The notes beneath the pieces were generated by a model that searched no databases, was not told the DNA's origin, and was given only the letters and a program-made list of their open reading frames with translations. DNA of 64,000 bases from Octopus vulgaris. Taxonomy: Eukaryota. Positions 61,548 to 64,000 of this stretch are shown in pieces. The stretch lies in the NCBI GenBank assembly GCA_951406725.2, contig OX597827.1:46500001-46564000 (forward strand). Direction: 5' to 3'. The position numbers were made by a program, and so were the translations under genes. Every line of letters starts with the position of its first letter. Position 1 is the first letter of the stretch.

Positions 61548-61600
61548 ATGGCACCCAAGAAAAATGGTAATCAGAATATTAAGGTGGCGGTACGATGCAG
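61548..61600 (+). CDS. KIF11: First coding exon of a kinesin, probably kinesin-5 (Eg5/KIF11): MAPKKNGNQNIKVAVRC(R); the gene continues beyond the window
   Basis: The first beta strand of the motor domain (NIKVAVRCR) resembles the kinesin-5 NIQVVVRCR. The AG|gtgagt donor splits the Arg codon. Family call rests on only 18 residues. Confidence 0.7.
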
Positions 61601-63440
61601 GTGAGTTGGATGTTTTGCCTTTTAAAAAAATTGTCTTTACTTTTCCACTGTCATGTATTTCTCGCGAGCACTTTCTTATAATTTGTTTTTCGAGAAGGGA
61701 AAATAATGATAAGCATATGATTTTGGTTTACATAAGCTGTTGCGCATAATTTATACCTTCTAATACTGTATTTATTGCTGCTTCTAATACTGTATTTATT
61801 ATGTTCTTATATACACTGACATTTTGTTACTATACTTTGTCAATACCAGTTGCTATCATCAGTCTAACTCGAGTCATGATAGCTATAACAAACTTACTCT
61901 TGACCAATATATATTTCTTGAGGATATTCGTTAATTAACTTCATTTTAGTAAATCAACTTCTTCCTCAAACTACGTCAAGCACCCTTATATCTCCCCGAA
62001 TTCAAACTTAACATGTATTTACAAACACACTCACACATAATAGCTAATTCCTGTTAGTTTGATTCGTTTTCGCCGGAATTGACAAACCTTTTGCAGCACA
62101 TACTTCAAAATGATGGAAAGCCCTTTAATAAAGAAAAATACTTTGAAAATCCTTAAGGTTTTTTTTAGATGTCATCACTCCCATACGTTCACGACAGCCC
62201 CCAAAATTTAGATGTTTATTTTAAACATCGCCCCCCCCCCCCCCAAAAAAAACCAGTACTCACCACTAAAATGATTTTTTTTGTTCGTTCGTTAATTTTT
62301 GCCTGAAGCATTCGGAATTCACATTTTAAACAAAGCAAACATTCTTACACCCCTCTTCACCATTTCTGTTTATATGATTTTACTTTTGCTTTAATCTTGC
62401 CATACTTTTTTTCTTTAAAAACAAAAAAAATCTTTTCTTTACGACATAAAAATTAAATCAGGAGGGAAACAATACTGTTTACACTTATTTACTCTGACAA
62501 TTCCCATCATATTTAATTTTGCTATAAACGGAAATAAATATAAGATGCTGCTGTGACACACTTTTGCTATTTGATGGAGAAAATAGATGTTTTTTGGTTT
62601 CGTTAGTCTTGAATTAAAAATATTCTTTTCTACTCTTTAGACGACTGAAATTGTTGTTTAATATTTCAAAATTCTAATTTCGGTTTTTCACGTACCAACT
62701 TACGTTTGATCGTTCAACTTCTAATTGTGAAAGGTGCTATGAAGATAGGGCTTAGGAATTTTAATTTTAAATGTGAATACCAAATATTTCGGAATGTGGA
62801 ATATAATATATTGACTAAAACTGAGGAAAAGAAAAGGGGAAAATCATTTGAAAAATCTTAGCAAAAAAGGAGAAAATCCATCTTTGGTGGGTGAGCTATT
62901 CCGAAACTCCATCTATATGAACTTGTGGTTTATATAGATACTTGTGCTTTGTGGTTGAAAATAAAGGGAAAGTGTTCCCTTGAGTGATCAAGGTGTTCGC
63001 TTTGCAACCACGTGATTAGGGGTTCGATACTACTACTTATCGCCAAGTATCCTCTGTCATAGCCACTACTTAACTAATACTTTATAGGTGGAGTTCACTT
63101 GAGGAAATATAACCCTTATTTTTTTAATTATATATAATCGTTGTACTTTTTTCTAAATGCCAATCCGAATTACATTCTTGTGGCTAAATGTATACACCCA
63201 AATTAAGAAATATAGCTTTTTAGCACGAAATTTAACAATCTGCTTCTGTTACATATAATTTTGTTTACAAATTTCAAACCGATAAAAATACTGGTACTTG
63301 TTTCGAAGAATCAAGAAAACTGGCATGGTTATGACCTATCAAGCGTGAATTTAAATAAAATAAATGTAAAATGTTCGTTTGGAAAGACTAAGAAAAAGAT
63401 TGCTTATTCAGTTTAAAGAACTTTTACATCCAAAAGATTT

Positions 63441-64000
63441 TTACCAGAACTAGAGAAGTTTCAGGTGTGGAAACAAGGTCTAGAATTGAAGGGCCTTAGA
63501 GTTAACCTAGCAAAAACCAGTCTTAGTAAGTTGGAAAGCAGACAAACCAGAAATCCCATCAGATAGATGGCCCTGCTCAATCTGGAAGCATAAGAGGTGC
63601 AGTAATATCAGAGAGAGGTTAACTGGGAAAATAGGTCTTGCGTGTGGAAGTGCACAGGTACAATAAATACTAAAAATGTACAGAAAATAGATTCTATCAA
63701 ATGCCAGTGGAGTAAGCTAGAGGTGGTTGATAGCTTCCGTTTTCTAGGTGCTCAAGTCAGTAGCAGTGGTGGATGTTCCGAGAGTGTAGCTGTAAGAATA
63801 AGAATAGGCTGGACAAAGTTCAGAGAGCCCCTACCTCTGTTGGTGACACAGGGCCTCTCCCTTGGAGTGAAAGGCAGACTGTATGATGCCTGTGTGTGAA
63901 CAGCTGTGAGACATGGGTTGTGATTACTGAGTACATGTGTAAGTTTGAAAGAAATGAAGCTAGCATGCTTTGCTGGATGTGCAATGTCAGTGTGCATGTA
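63441..64000 (+). mobile_element. RTE-clade LINE fragment (post-catalytic RT/thumb), degenerate; runs off the window
   Basis: WKQGLELKGLRVNLAKT, WPCSI, LEVVDSFRFLG, RIRIGWTKFRE, KGRLYDACV, ERNEASMLCWMC. Confidence 0.85.

Noticed and set aside
61420-61749. 109-aa ORF over the kinesin promoter
   Set aside because: Wrong frame; the real exon is 61548..61600

Overview
Eukaryotic (metazoan) genomic DNA, AT-rich and dense in microsatellites and repeats. The SINE, RTE and MITE families look like those of Octopus (inference from recognising the repeats, not from a search). Protein-coding content is one complete 9-exon gene on the + strand, the succinyl-CoA ligase alpha subunit (SUCLG1; CDS 18788..45861, 993 nt, 330 aa, 16.6-kb first intron), and the first coding exon of a kinesin, probably kinesin-5/KIF11 (61548..61600), behind a CCAAT/CHR cell-cycle-type promoter. 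The rest is mostly mobile-element debris: tRNA-derived SINEs, RTE, R4/Dong and CRE LINE fragments, mariner DD34D and DD41D relics, Helitrons, and hAT, piggyBac and GG-ended MITEs with 8-9-bp TSDs. The most notable signal is a set of about six unrelated hammerhead-ribozyme (HHR) motifs in Penelope-like remnants. They include an apparently intact type I HHR with a long rod-like stem II (10970..11075, - strand) and a tRNA-headed SINE with an HHR-bearing tail (36.7 kb and 42.2 kb). Most ORFs in the supplied track are repeat or microsatellite artefacts. Coordinates of degenerate repeats are approximate.
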